Source: Nageia nagi (taxonomy: Eukaryota; Plantae; Pinophyta). Taken from it: DNA of 64,000 bases. Each line of letters begins with the position of its first letter. The first letter of the stretch is position 1. Of the stretch, positions 12,250-25,949 are shown piece after piece. A model generated the notes under the pieces. It did not search any database, was not told where the DNA came from, and saw only the letters and a list, made by a program, of their open reading frames with translations. Location: the NCBI GenBank assembly GCA_050084985.1, contig JBITNC010000002.1:21824001-21888000 (forward strand), read 5' to 3'. The position numbers and the translations under genes are program-made.

Positions 12250-15172
12250 TGTGTCCTAAGGATGAATTCCCATTACCCAGCATTGATATCTTAGTTGAAA
12301 ATACTACAGGGCATGAGATGTTATCTATTATGGATGGTTTTTCAAGTTATAACCAAATTTGGGTAAATCTCTATGATCTACACAAGACAACTTTCACCAC
12401 CCCTTGGGGGACTTACTATCTTCAATCTCAAGAATGCAGGAGCTACCCATCAAAGGGCCATGATTAATATCTTTAATGACATGATGTACAATATTGTGGA
12501 AGATTATGTTAATGATCTTTTAGCCAAATCTAAGACACACGATAGATATTGGGATGTCCTTTGCAAGTTCTTTCATTGTCTTCTCAAGCATAACGTTAGG
12601 TTGAACCCTAAGAAGTGTGTTTTTGGTGTCATTTTAGGTAAGATTCTTGGTTTCATTATGTCTAAATGAGGAATTAAAATTGATCGTAAAAAGGTCAAGG
12701 CTATTATTGATATGCCTCCTCATAATATTAATACCTTAAGGAGTCTTCAAGATAAGATCTAGGCCATTTGTTGCTTTAAAGCTTAGCTTTTAGATAAGTG
12801 TCATCCTTTTAATGAGCTCTTGAATAAGGGTGTGGTCTTTGAGTGGAATGAGAAGTGCCAACAAACTCTTGATGATATTAAACATTATCTCACTACTCCC
12901 CTTTCTTGATCCCTCTTAGGAATAGTCTTCCTTTCTATCCTTATCTTTCGATGATCAATTTTGCTTTAGAAGTCATGCTTGCTCAAAAAAATGCTCAAGG
13001 AAAGGAGCAAGCTGTATATTACCTTAGTCGTACTCTTATCAATTATGAGCTTTGATACATCTATATAGAGTGTATTTACCTTGATATCATCTTTACAACT
13101 AAGAAACTATGTCATTACATGCTTAATCACATAACTTAAGTAATTTCTCATGCTAATCCCCTCTAGCATATGATGAGCAAGACTTATCATAATTTACAAA
13201 CATCCAAGTGGCTTATGTTTTTATATGAGTTTGACTTGATGTTTGTTAGTTAGAAATCCATTAAGGGTCAAGTCATATCTGGTAAGTTGGTTAAATATCC
13301 TTTGCTTGATAGCTCTCCTCTCAACATCAATCTCCTCAATGAGGATATGTTTAAGATTGACAAAGAGGAGGAATCTGTTGACACATGTGAAGAATTTGTT
13401 ATGACCATGTATTTTGATGGATCTAAGTGTGAGCAAGGGGGTGGCATGAAAGTTATCTTCTTCATGCATTATGGTGTCCCCATCCCTTATTATTTCAAGT
13501 TGGCTTTCCCTTGTACTAATAACAATGTAGAATATGAAGCCTTGATCCTAGGTTTTAGGACTACCATCATCCTCAAGATTGAGAGACTCATGATCTATGA
13601 TGACTCTCACTTAGTTTTCAACTAAGTCTTAGGAGTTTATCAATGCCATAATGAACTCCTTAAATCCTATAGAGAGAAGGCTATCAAGCTTCTCAAGTTC
13701 TTCAAAGCCTATAAGATCGAGTCAACCCCTAGGTCTTTTAATTGGTTTGCAGATACCATGGCTACCTTAGAGTCACTTATTCCACCTAATCCACATCGAC
13801 ACATCTAGCACATGGAAATTGTGATTATCAATGAGTCATCCCTTAAGTTGCCTTTATCTCCCCCTTTCATCGAAGCTAGTGTTAATGATATTTTGGTCAA
13901 GTGGGATTTATGGTACAAGTAGTTTCATGAGTACCCCAAGTGGCATGCCTTGCCTTCTAATATGTTGCCTAATGAGAAGTGTGCTTCAAAGCATCATGCT
14001 ACTCAATACATGCTTTTAAGAGATATCCTTTACAAGAAATCTTTTGATGGATTCCTTCTTCATTGTATTGAGCTTTACGAATAATAAATTACCATTTTGG
14101 ATTTTCATGATGGCATTTGTGGCAAACACTTTAATGGCAAAGCTATCGCTAAACACCTTCTATGTATGGGTTATTATTGGCATACCATAGAACATGATTA
14201 TAATGAATATGTCAAGAAATGTGTCAAGTGTCAACAACATGCCCATATCCAACACATGCCTTCTTAGCCTCTTTAGCTAATCTAGGCCATGTGGCCTTTT
14301 TCCTAGTGGGGTTTTGATTGAGCATTAGTCAGTTTGTCCCTCCTTAATCTTGTAGTTATAAGTTCATTATCACTACCATTAAGTATCTTACCAAGTGGGT
14401 AGAGGTGGTTCCATTAGTCTCTATAATAGGTCCCAAGATTGTATCCTTCATAGAGATTCATATCATATGTCAATTTGGTATTCCTGCAAGGATCCTTACT
14501 AGTAATGGTCCTAACTTTAAGAATCAACATATGAGGAGAATTTGTAATTGATATCATATCAAATAATCATTTACCACACCTTTATACCCTCAAGGTAATG
14601 GTCAAGTTGAAGCCACAAATAATATGATTGTCATAATTCTCAAGAAAATGGTTAATGACAATCATCATAATTGGCACGAGTGTCTCCCGTATGCTTTGTG
14701 GGCATATCATACTAGTATTCAGACACCCATGGGTGCTACTCCTTTCTCTCTCATCTACGACACCAAGGCTATCATGCCTCTTGAGCTAAGATCCCTTCCT
14801 TTCTTATGTCGCTCAAGGACTTTTATCCCTAATGAAGAAGCTTATCAAGCTTGGTTTAACCAACTTACTTTGCTTAACAAGAGGCACATAAATGCAATTG
14901 AGAATCATAAGATTTATCAAGAGCATCTCAAGCAAGCATTTAACAAGAAGGTCCTACCATTTTAGTTCCAATTTGGTGACCTTATTCTTAAAGAGAACCA
15001 ACAACAATCTCATCTCGAGCATCCTCTTAGGGACAAGTTTACCACAAATTGGCTAGGCCCCTTCATCGTTAAGCATAAGATTGATTTAAGTGTGTATCAT
15101 CTCATTGATTTGGAATGATGGGAAGAACTTAAGCTAATCAATATCATCCATCTTCATCCTTTTTATGCTTGA
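12250..15172 (+). pseudogene. Tat pol pseudogene (RT, RNase H, additional RNase H, integrase)
   Basis: CPKDEFPLPSID, MDGFSSYNQI, LKNAGATHQRAM, VEDYVNDLL, LNPKKCVFG (RT); YPQGNGQVEATN and WHECLPYALWAYHTS..TPFSLIY (INT). Confidence 0.93.
13400..13790 (+). pseudogene. Additional (archaeal-type) RNase H domain typical of Tat elements
   Basis: MYFDGSKCEQGGG...FPCTNNNVEYEALILG...IYDDSHLV matches the FDG / TNNxAEYEA / GDSxLV pattern; lies between the Gypsy RH and INT. Confidence 0.85.
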
Positions 15173-17532
15173 TTTATGTTTGTTATGTTTCTCTTTGTTA
15201 AGTTTTATCTAGTGTTCTTGTATTTATGTTTTTCTAATCATTTTCATCTTCTCATCTATCCCAAGCTAGGGGATGGTACCTTATGTGTAGGTACTTATCT
15301 TTCTCTCAGGTGTTCTATCACTTTTATTATTTTCAATTTTCTCATCAAGATTTGATACTCGAGCCTATCCCTCTTTTCCCAATTTGCACTTGTGCATACT
15401 ATGAGGTAGTACCATAGTCACTCAACTCCTGAACACCTTGTGTCATGTCCTTCCCTTGTTTATGCATTTGTTATGTCTTTTGATCATTTGTGCTGCTTGC
15501 ATTTGTTTGGTATCAATATTGGTCCTCCTTTAGGGTTGACCGTTGGATATTATCTCTTGAATTCCCAACAGAGCAAGTATAATCCTATACATGCATTGAA
15601 GTTGGTCCCTTATGTACCTATAATATTCCAACCATCATTCTTCCATTTCTTTCCTTGTGGCATACCATTGGCATCCTTGTATGTCCATTCATCGCCTCTT
15701 ATCATCTTGTCCCATTTGCGATTCCCGATGAGGATATAACCAATTGGGTCACAACCACTTTAGGTTGCCTTTCATAATTCCCTTGGGTTTAACCATAGGC
15801 TATTACTATCATGCTTTCTAAGGGTAATCCTTATTTTGTAGATGTCTCAAGATGCTTTTTGGCCTCCTTCGACATCACATCTCACGTCTTATCATTTAAC
15901 ATTTTTTTTTGCCATTTTGTTGCTCATGTTTTTATTGCTTATCACTTTCTCTAGTCATGTTTTGGTATTTAATTACCCTATTTATCATTAGTATTTATGT
16001 TAACAACTCTCATTTTGTCAATTTTATTTGTTTTACTCATTTTCCACTAGCCCTAATTTGCTACCTCGTTCCATGTGGTGCCTCGGTGCATGTGTTGCAA
16101 AAATGATTAGTTGTCATATATTTTTCAAAATTAGTATTTTTTTGGTCTTGTTATATCATTTTAAGTCACCCCATCTAGTTTCAATGCATTTTGAAGTCGT
16201 TTGTTGCAATTTCAAATTTTAGAGATGTGGGTCCCTAAATTTGACCCCTATGAAAATTGGCTATTTGATTTTTCTTTTTGATGTGTCAAACGATGTCCAT
16301 TTTCATATCCATATTTTTTAGTCTTTCATCAATATAAATGTGATTTTCATGTCAAGATTCAAGTCCATACTTCATCATTTGTTATCTTTTCGAAAGCCAT
16401 TTTTGAGGCCACTTGGAATGACATCTTTTCAGTGACCACTGAAAGATGTCACACCTTGATAAGTTGCCTTTGGTTTGGATTTTGTAAATATGTCAAACAA
16501 ACTTTGTTTTTCAAACCACTTATTCCTATGTTTAGATTATACAACTATCTGCCACATCATCAAGACAATTCATCAAATCACCAACATGGTTGTTTGTTAT
16601 TATCCATTAAATTTCACAATTTTTCACTTTTTCAAAAGTGTCTTTTTCAATCTGGTTCAATTTTTGTCCAAATGGGTTGTCTTCATTCAACATTCTGAAT
16701 TAGTTTGTGTTTGCATTGGTCATGATCAGTGTATGTCAAACATTTTGAGAAGCACTATATGCCATGTTTGTTGCCTCATTTTGTGCATTATTTTGGGTAA
16801 AATTCGACAGCATTTCGACAACATCTCAACTTATCTTTCCCACTTTCTTATGTTTTCTATAATTGTGGTTTGTTTCTTTTTATTATTTTGTCATGTCTGC
16901 ACATGTCATCATCATTTATTTATCTTCTTAATTTGTTTTTACCTTCTTAAGCATTTAAGTTGCCATCTTTTGTTTGTTTGTTATCATATTTATTCATTTT
17001 ATTATTGTTAACATCTTTGTACTCATTTGTTGTTTTATTGTTTGTTATTGTACATCATTTGTGTTTGTATCCCATATTAGCATGTGTGTTTGTTTCTTAT
17101 GAGTGTGTTTAAGCATAGATTTTCATTTACAATGTGATGTGATTAAACATGCAAGTTCATTTTATGTCCTTTTATGTTTATTTTAGGTCCATTTTAAACT
17201 ATCTTCTTCATGTTCATTGTATGTTCTTTTACGGTTCATTTTTAGTTTGCTTCATATATCCATTATTTCATACATACAATGTAATTGCAATGTACACATA
17301 ACATAACAGTAAATGCATCCATCCATGTCAAACATCATAGGCCTATAACATAGCATCATCTCATAAAGCAATAGTGTCAAAGCAATGCATCCATACATAT
17401 CCATACATCTATAAGTAACAATGAATACACATTATACCCATCAAAATATCATATCATATATCAAAATAATGTCCATATACATCGCATAGTACTGCATATA
17501 CATACTCGAATGTACAAAAGCATACATCTATG

Positions 17533-20318
17533 TTCATGGGCACCTAGAAAAATCATGATCAAAACTATAGTCTCTACTACTAGGGTGATCAACCCTGTTC
17601 GCTTTGTCCCTATCTGGGAGAGGAGGGTGTCTCACATGAACCCTCCTCCTATGCTACCTTGGGTGGTCTTGATTTCTTGCCTGGTTCTTGGGGGACCCTA
17701 AATGCATTGTTAAATGATCCTACCCTAGTGGAGCACCTACTGCTTAGCTATTGCACACTCTGACCTATCGTATTTATATGAATCTTGCTCTAGGTCCTAG
17801 AATGACTCCTACCTTTAGACATGGGCTCTATGGTGATGATCCCCATTATCATCAGTTGCCCTTAGAATGCAAGTTCCCTAGCAACCTCTCTTTGCCATTA
17901 ATCAAGGATAATCTGGTAAACCTATAGGGTGCCCATCATAGCCTTTATCCATGTAGCTACCTCTTTCTATCCCCTTGTAGCTATAACCTTCTCTATCTAA
18001 GTGCCCACCTCTGCATGCAACACTCATACCCTGGCTATAGCTAACAATAGTTGAGTTTGGCATCATCCCTCAACTAGGGTTGCATCTAGCTATGCCTGTA
18101 ATCCAACCACCTACACCTAGAGCATGTCCCCCTATGCTATCACAACATCCCTCTATGCCATTATAGTATCCCTCTCTGTAGTCACTGTGTCTTGCTAGTA
18201 AAGGGAAACATCTCACTCACCCAATGCCTAATTGTGCTCTACCAATATCCCTACCTTGCAAGCATCCTACTCACCATCCAAGGCTTCCATAACCACATCA
18301 ATATCCATTTGATCAAATGACTCATTATCTCCATTCCCACCCATGCCTAGTAGTGTGTGCTCTCCTATCACTTATCCTACAAGGATGCTTGGTGCCATTA
18401 CTCCTACTATCATTTCTCCCTCTCCTCCTCCTATGGAGGTGGTTCTTGTAGCACCCCATTGATGACTATCTGCTCTCATTGGGGAGCCCACCATGCATCA
18501 TAATCTATGGTTATGTTGACATCATCCACATCTGGTATAACCATTGCTGCATCCAAAGCTACATTTAGCTTCGTGTAGCATCTTTGAGGTAGGTCCCCCT
18601 ATGCCTCTATCTGCTTGTATAAATTAGGATCTAGTGGCACATATTAGGTGATCCCATGTTGTCAGATCCTTCGCTCAAACCTGTAGATCTCCACATCCCT
18701 GGGTCTCTTTCTATGTACATCACCAGATTGATGCATGCATGCCAGCTACTAAACATCATCAACTCATGTTAGGCCTCCTCTTTATGGCATGTAGATGATA
18801 TTCTCATAGTATAGAGTGGTCCAAATGTTATTATGCCATGTGTACATACCCTCATAGGGTTATCTCTTGGGCAACTCATACTCTTTGGCATAACATTAGG
18901 TGTAAGGTAGCTCCTACCCAGCCATGGGTACCTTCGGATCCACCTTTGGGATGCTATGTATATCATATAGAAAGTTGTAGGATCATGTTAATCACTTGTG
19001 CTCCCATGCCCATATCTAGATCAATAGGGATCCTGTAATCCCCACTCTACCTTGCTATCAATCGACCAGTTGCTTGTAGGTTTGCTAGAGGATAATTGGG
19101 GCCCATGTGTAGATAACCCCATCCTTAATGATGTATCTGATAATGTCCAATAAATTTTATGGGATCCTATGCCCATTGGTATCTAGAAGTACAAATGAGT
19201 TGATCATTTCATAATAATGTCCTCCTATACCATTAGTAATCCTGCATCGTAAGCAATCATGTAGTTAACCCCACCATGTTTGGTGCTAATTATCTACCAT
19301 TAAACATTGAATATCCTTTGCATAGTCTGGCTCCTTGAAGCTATAGTATTCAACATCCTACCCTCAATGGGCATCCTAAAGGTCATGTAGACATCCTCAA
19401 GCTTGATCATCATCTCACTTGTAGGGAAGTAAAAGGTGTTGCATTAGCTATCCTAGTGCTCCACTAGCATGTAGATGTAGGCTTGGTCAACCATGATCAT
19501 CCTCAAGCACTTCACCCCTTCCAAATTAACTACCTCCAACCATATCTAGTCTACATCATCTAGTGCCTTGTGCACATCCCTTAGGACATGCCTAAACTTG
19601 TGCCAAGTCTTAACCTAACACACATTCAAACAAGTCTTATGTTGGTCATTTTTATCATTTTTATGAGCCTCTATTTTTTGTTAAGTCAGTCCTCTTTATT
19701 TTAAGTTAGTGGGTTTTTCATTTATATTTTTCTAGTGTCATGAGTCCTAGTCAGTAAGTCCCATGAGGCCAATGGTCCACTTGTGTCTTAAACAATTAGG
19801 TGAATGACTAGTCAGTAAGTCAATTCGGTTCAAGGTTAGCCTGGTGCCAACTGATGGGCTCCTAGTTGGCCTCTAAATTAGGATTATTATATAGCCCATT
19901 AGTTATTAGAGTTGAGGTCAAGGTCAAGGTTGAAAACCCCACACCCCAACCCCCAAAACTTGCAAAAATGATCAAATTAGGACCTAATTTGAATTTTGAT
20001 TTTGAAAAAAGCATTCTATATTTTGTTATGATCTTTGATCCTATGTTTATCTGATTTAATCCTTTGGATTGGGTAAAATTTGATGCCTTAGTTTTAGAAT
20101 TTCTTCTATGATTTTTCTTATTTTGGATCATTTTTAATTGTCAAGAGAAAAAATAAAGTTGTTTTTATCTGCTAACATGCTAGTGATCTACAATCCTATA
20201 ATTTTTGATTTTGAAATTGGGTGAGTTTTTAGTAACTTACCTACTTGTGCAGGAAGTCTCCTCCTCCTCTGGATGTATTGTGTAGTGGGTCCAATCCTAC
20301 TCCTACAACCATTTCCAT
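17533..20318 (-). pseudogene. Antisense Plant Mobile Domain (PMD, MAIN/MAIL-like) gene with C-terminal coiled coil; predicted exons 20318-20241 and 19614-~17533
   Basis: DQAYIYMLVEH*DS*CNTFYFPTSEMMIKLEDVYMTFRMPIEG matches the PMD consensus LVERW..ETxTFHLPxGEMTITLEDV..LGLPIxG; later IWAWEH. C-terminal RDTIMA*RDVVIA* heptads. Not in the ORF track because of internal stops. 3' end approximate. Confidence 0.8.
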
Positions 20319-21129
20319 CTATCCTCATCAACTTTAGTCAATTTGGTGCACTTAAGAATGAGGTGGTCTCTCTTGGTCAGAGCTCTGTTCTCTTGGGTGT
20401 AGGTGTGCAAAATGATAAAAAATGAATCAAATTTTTTATTTTATTTTCCTTGCCTCTTAATTGTTGCATCGACTAGTTAGCCAACTTACTAGTTAGTAGG
20501 ATCAATCTTCTTGAGATCAACTAGTCCTTCTAGTTTGTATTAAGCTGGCTAGTGCTGATCATTTTGCAAAAGGTCAGCTAGTATTCTTCCACTTCCTTTC
20601 ATCTTTTTCCTTTATATTTTTCACTCATCAATCAGCTATATGGTTGAGCCCCTATCCTGGGACCTTCTCTCACATCCCTAATCAAGAGGGATATCCTCCC
20701 TTTCCTCTTTCATGATCTTATCATGTTTCTTTACTAGGTGGCCCATTAGTGCAATTTATCTCACATTGGCTGCATGCCCTTCCTTAGCTGAGTTCTTATA
20801 CTCACCTTTTTCCCCCTATATTTAATTTTCCTTATTTTCTTATCATTTTTATTTTCTTATTACAAATGAAGAAAATAATAAATATTTTGTTTTGCATTGC
20901 TCATCCTCCTGGGAAACCCCAAATCATACCATATTATCAAGCATCCCCATGAGTGCGATCCATTTCTTACAAAAATGAGCATGTATGTCTTGCATTATCT
21001 TTTGGTCTTGATCACTCTAGCATTTGCATCATTTATAATCCAGTATGGTCTCTTTTTTAGGCATCATATGCTTGCATGCTATAGTATAACATTTGGTAGG
21101 TCTATAAGAGCATGATCCTTCTTTTTGGC

Positions 21130-21830
21130 TTAGTCTTATACGACCTATCATGCAACAAAACCATACTTGGTTTAGACATTCATGGTGATCTTATACAACC
21201 TATCATGTATTGAAACCAGCTCTCATACTGATTATTTTATTCTTCACCCTTTGAATGCTAGGGCAAAGTAGAATCATTGATCATTTTTCTTTTTTTCACC
21301 CTTTGATTGTTGGGAAAAAGTAGAATCATTAATATTTTTTCCTTTTTTTTCCACCCTTTGATTGCTGGGGAAAAGTAGAATCATTGATCTTTTCTTTTCT
21401 TTTGTTTACCCTTCAAGTGCTAGGGAAAAGCATAGATCATTTGTTTTTGAGTATCCTTTTATCTTTTTTGTTTACCCTTCAATTGCTTGAGAAAAGCAAA
21501 GGCCATTTATTTTTATTTCTTATCTATTTGGTATTGCCTTTTCAATCCTATTTCATGGTACTTCTTTTTGAATAAGTCTTATATGGCCTATCATGCAGTG
21601 AAACTAGACTTAGGTTGAATGTTCAAGGTGATCTTATATGGCATGTCTTATGCTGAAACTAGCTCTCATCTTGACTACTTTTCTTTTACCCTTCGACTGT
21701 TGGGCAAAGCAAAGATCATTTTCTTTCATGTATGTTTTTTTATCCTTCAACTATTGGGGTAAAGTAGAGATCATTTTTACCTCTTTCATTTACCCTTTGA
21801 CTATTGGGGAAAAGTAGAGATCATTTTATT
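21130..21830 (+). repeat. Tandem repeat array in the Tat 3' region upstream of the PPT
   Basis: About 8 copies of (c/t)accctt..a.tg.tggg.aaag.aga..att, plus a ~95-bp unit duplicated at ~21132 and ~21574. Confidence 0.8.
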
Positions 21831-21934
21831 TTGTTATTCATCCATTTTACTATCTCATTATCACATTGCACACACTTCACCTATTTTTGTATTGCATTTC
21901 ACATCTTGCAAAAACTAACATAAAAAGGGGCATC

Positions 21935-22937
21935 TATAAACACCTCAAAATCATTTGTTTTTCTACCATAGTTGATTTGTGATGATTCAACCTATCATGT
22001 AGTTCATCATGATCCTATTATCCCTCCATCTTGTTTCAACCCTATTTGCACGATTGATTTTGGTAACTTAAACCTTTTCACCACCTTATCATTTTGTACC
22101 TTAATTAGCCCATTAGTTAGGGGACTGACTGTTCGATTAGGGTTTAAACCCTAACCAAGCCACTGACTAGTCCTATATATAAGTCTATTCAAAAATAGCT
22201 TTTTAGAAAGCCATTCAATTAGCACAATGGGAACCCCGTGTCTTCTTGCTATCATGTGCACTTGGAACTATTCATTTGAGATTTTGGCCAAGAACCTTCC
22301 ACTTGGAGCTTTACCTATCACTTCCAAAGCAATAAAAAGAGGATTTTTATCCTCATCTTGCAAAGGGAACCTTGGGTAATATATTTTTGGCCTTTATTTT
22401 GGGGTAATCATTATTTTGAGTGTTTTTGTAGGATTTTGAGGAGACATATAAGAGCTCAATCATATATCCTTTTGTATTGTCATTGTTACTTTTATGCATG
22501 GTTGCATACTAATTATTATAGGCTAGTCTCTTGCAGACTTAGGATAAGATATTTTAGTTTAATTTTATTTTAGTTAATCTATTTTAATCCTATGTTAGTT
22601 TACATTTTATGCAGTGTGTTATTTTCTAGTGCCTTGTTGATTCAAGGCTTAGTGGCTTACAAGCTCATTAGCTAGCTTTGCATGGTTCTAGGGTCTTAAG
22701 GACCTAGAACTTAGAAGCCTCCTCTTTTGTATTATTGGTAGGTTATTTGGAGTTGTGGGTATTGTACAAGAGAAAAGGAAAACACTCTAGACCCTCTCTC
22801 CATTTTGTTTATCATTACCATCTAATCACATTTCAAGAAATGTTTTAGACATTATAGTGTGGGCCTTTCCTAGAGGGGAGAGACCTTAAGTGAAGGGTTT
22901 CCCTAGCTCCCTTGCACCTCCCTTTGGGATACATACA
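21935..22937 (+). repeat. Tat 3' LTR
   Basis: TATAAACACC...GGGATACATACA followed by TSD AATAT. Confidence 0.9.
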
Positions 22938-25200
22938 AATATGAGCAATAATAGCTAGGTGGTGCAAAAATGAAACATTAAGGCAAAATTGAGAACAAAA
23001 AACCTTAGGAATATATTGAGGGGGAGCAACTTTAAAGATAATTGACATGTGATCAAAGATGGTGTTTCTAAGGAGGGATATAACTAAAGGCATATCTTGA
23101 GAAAGACTGTGAAAGGTAAATGCAGAATGGTTTGTAAGCATGATCTTATTTAGTCTTTTGAGTATTCTATTCTCCTCTACTTAAAAATTTGACCAAGTAA
23201 ACCATACGAAGTATGGAAATATTTAATATGTATGAAATGCATTAAGGTTCGCAAGCCCATGCTTATTCTTGAAAAAGAACCAGGCATTCCTCTCACCATA
23301 ACACCAATGCATGGGGAGTCTTCCAAATTTATCCTCTAGTTTTTCAAATATGTTGAAGTCTCCACAAAAAAACCAAATTTCTTGCAAAAGAAAAAAATGC
23401 TAGCCAATGCCATAGAGCACATCTATCAAGGCCTGAATTGGAGGTATAAATGTTGACAACTCCAAAAGTTTGTCCATGAATATCAAAAAGGGTCCATAGC
23501 ACATGGCTTGAGGCATCTATGCCCTAAGAGATTAATAGAGAATTCCATCGTAGTGGTACTAAGGTGATGGTGCTACCTTTGCCTTAGCAATGATTAGTTG
23601 CATACAAAGGGCTACCTAGCCATAGAAAATAACTGACACATTCTAAGTTAAAATTAGAAATTTTAACTTATTATTAATAAAGCAAATCAAAATTCCCATA
23701 CAAATGAGTGACTTTTGCAATCATTATGTATTGAATATTTTTAGATTGGGCCTATTAGCCCTCTAATATTCCATGACATGCAAATCATTGAGTAGAGTTG
23801 AAGTTCATATTATCATTGAACTCTACTATCTCACCATATTTTGTATGAAAATTCTCATTTGTCCCTCAACTACCTAAGAGAGGAGTAGGGGTTTGCAAGG
23901 AAGTTGGCATGATTAGTTCTTGCAAACATGCTAAAAGAATGCTTTTCCTAGAATTTAGAATTCAATCTCTCAAGAAGACTATGATACCTAGTAGATTGCA
24001 TCAAATCCTCCTTATAGTTATTTTCCATAGTGGGATGAGTAGAGGTGGCAATAGAAATGGTAGCTTAAGTCATGGATGGCACATTGGTCGCAGGTGGTAG
24101 CTAGGATGTTGTAATGGGATGTCGAGGAGGAATTCCCTTATGGTGGCACTATAGGATCTTATTTCACATTTTCCCTTACATTACAATTTTTCCTACCCAT
24201 CATTGTCCATTGACTCAATGGGTCACCATTCTCATTGCTATCAGTGAGCTTAGCCGCTAGCTATGGAGATGGAGTAGTCACCAAGGTTGTAGGCATGTTG
24301 GTTCCTTGATTTTGGGCTTGAATCTACTTTCCATAAGGGGGAAATCTTTAATTTTATGGTTGATCAAATGGAACCAATAACATGGGTTGGGAAGGTTGAT
24401 GTAAATGAACTATTGATAGTAGCAGGATTGACAAACTTTGACCACCAAATGATCTTTTATATCTTTAGAAAGACCTATTTTCACATAGAATCTTTTATAG
24501 GATCAAACCTTGTAAAATCTTAGTTGTTCCACATAGAAAAGGATAATGCTTTCTAGAAAAGGCCATAGAGGTACTAAAAGAATAGGGAGTTCAACCTAGA
24601 TGGGGACTTCTAACAAGGCATCTTCATCGATATAGAAATATCAAGTCCATTATTGAAAAAATAGGAGTGAGTTCCTAACATGCAACAAACTATGTTCAAA
24701 GATTGACTTTTTGTGGTATTCATGAGGAAAACAAAACAAAAAAATATTTGGTGAGATTTTGTATCCCTTCAATTTTGACACTATATGAAGTCCAATATTG
24801 ATGGAACCAACTATGGATGATAATATCCCTCGAGATATGAACTAAGAAATTACCCTATGAGGGTATGCTTTTATAGCCAATCACATCAATTATGAAAATC
24901 ATCAAAAAGGATTGTAACATCAGGTATAATGATATTACCTCAAAGTATACCCTTGGGATAAACTTCTTGGGTTCCTTACGAACCATTGCTCTTTCTAGTA
25001 GCTCCAACCTAGGTTGAAGCTTCCAAATGAGCCAAGTCCATATTAATAACAAATCAAATCCCCTTAAGTTGATGCTAAGTACCCTGACATGGTGCTTAGA
25101 ACCAAGAAATAATAATCTTGCATAAGGATCAAAGGAGTATGAAACCCTAATCCAAGTGTTCAGCTCATGCAAACTAGGGTAGAGTAACGCGACTAGAGTG
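22938..25200 (-). mobile_element. L1-type LINE 5' part: APE endonuclease and ORF1 remnants
   Basis: WFTWSNF*..RILKRLNKI...FDHMSI (FTW.N / RLDR / SDHxPI of APE); ORF1 EVPI*VELPILLVPLW (VPIWVxLP motif of plant L1 ORF1). 5' boundary approximate. Confidence 0.75.
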
Positions 25201-25499
25201 AGCCTACCTATTTATGTTATTTTTTCTTTATTTCATTTTTTAAAAATAGTTATATATAAATTTTTTTATAATTTTGATAAAACATATTATTATATGAGGG
25301 TCATTGATTATTAAATAATTTGATTATTGGAATTTTTTTTACATGATATAATAAATATAATAGAGGTATGTTAAAAGTACTCTAGTACATGATTTTCATG
25401 ATGTTGATATTATTTGATTATGGTGTGATTAAAATGATCCCTAATTACACATAGGGTTTTTATTTGCACCATCATGCCTCTAATGGGTCACCAAAATCA

Positions 25500-25680
25500 T
25501 GTGTGTAATTACCATTCTAGCAAAAAAAATTACTGCATGCGTAATTACCATTCATATACATAATTACCATTCTAAAATAATGCATAATTACAATTACCAT
25601 AAATGATTTTATTGTGTTCATAATTACCATTTTTAAAAATAATTTTTTCATCACTAAATTGTGTGTGTAATTACCATTTT
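25500..25680. repeat. Cluster of taattaccat motifs
   Basis: About 6 copies of (t)aattaccat at roughly 20-40 bp spacing. Confidence 0.7.
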
Positions 25681-25949
25681 GATGAATGATTTTAATGGCT
25701 TTGGTAGGCATGTCACCCAAGGAGGTCTTGTCACATGCGAGCATCAATCGAAATTCATGGCCACCTTGTAAGGTGGTAGTTTGTTATTTTCATTTTGGAC
25801 ATGGAAGCTTTACCCATTTTCCCTCCTAACCACATAATTATGAAGCATTTTTGCTTAGGGTTAAGTGTTTTTGCATCAATTGAGTGGGGAGAATAGCAAA
25901 TTCTCTTAGGCTTGAGGTAAGTTGTGAAAAATCATTTTCAAAAAGCCCA

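Larger units (their letters stand above)
11139..22937 (+). mobile_element. Ty3/Gypsy Tat-superclade LTR retrotransposon, gag/PR-deleted, with extra RNase H and antisense PMD gene
   Basis: LTRs 11139-12243 and 21935-22937; perfect TSD AATAT (11134-11138 / 22938-22942); PPT aaaaagggg 21922-21930; RT-RH-aRH-INT order. The LINE frame is continuous across the insertion (..IIAHI|C*V*NLVPLP..). Confidence 0.92.

Noticed and set aside
16475-17011. 178-aa Cys/Phe/His-rich ORF after the Tat integrase (env-like?)
   Set aside because: Low-complexity T-rich 3' region, non-ATG start, no recognisable motif; the hydrophobicity follows from base composition.
21130-21830. Repeat-spacer-like array (CRISPR?)
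   Set aside because: Degenerate repeats with T-rich related spacers inside a plant retrotransposon, no cas genes; typical Tat/Ogre 3' tandem repeats.
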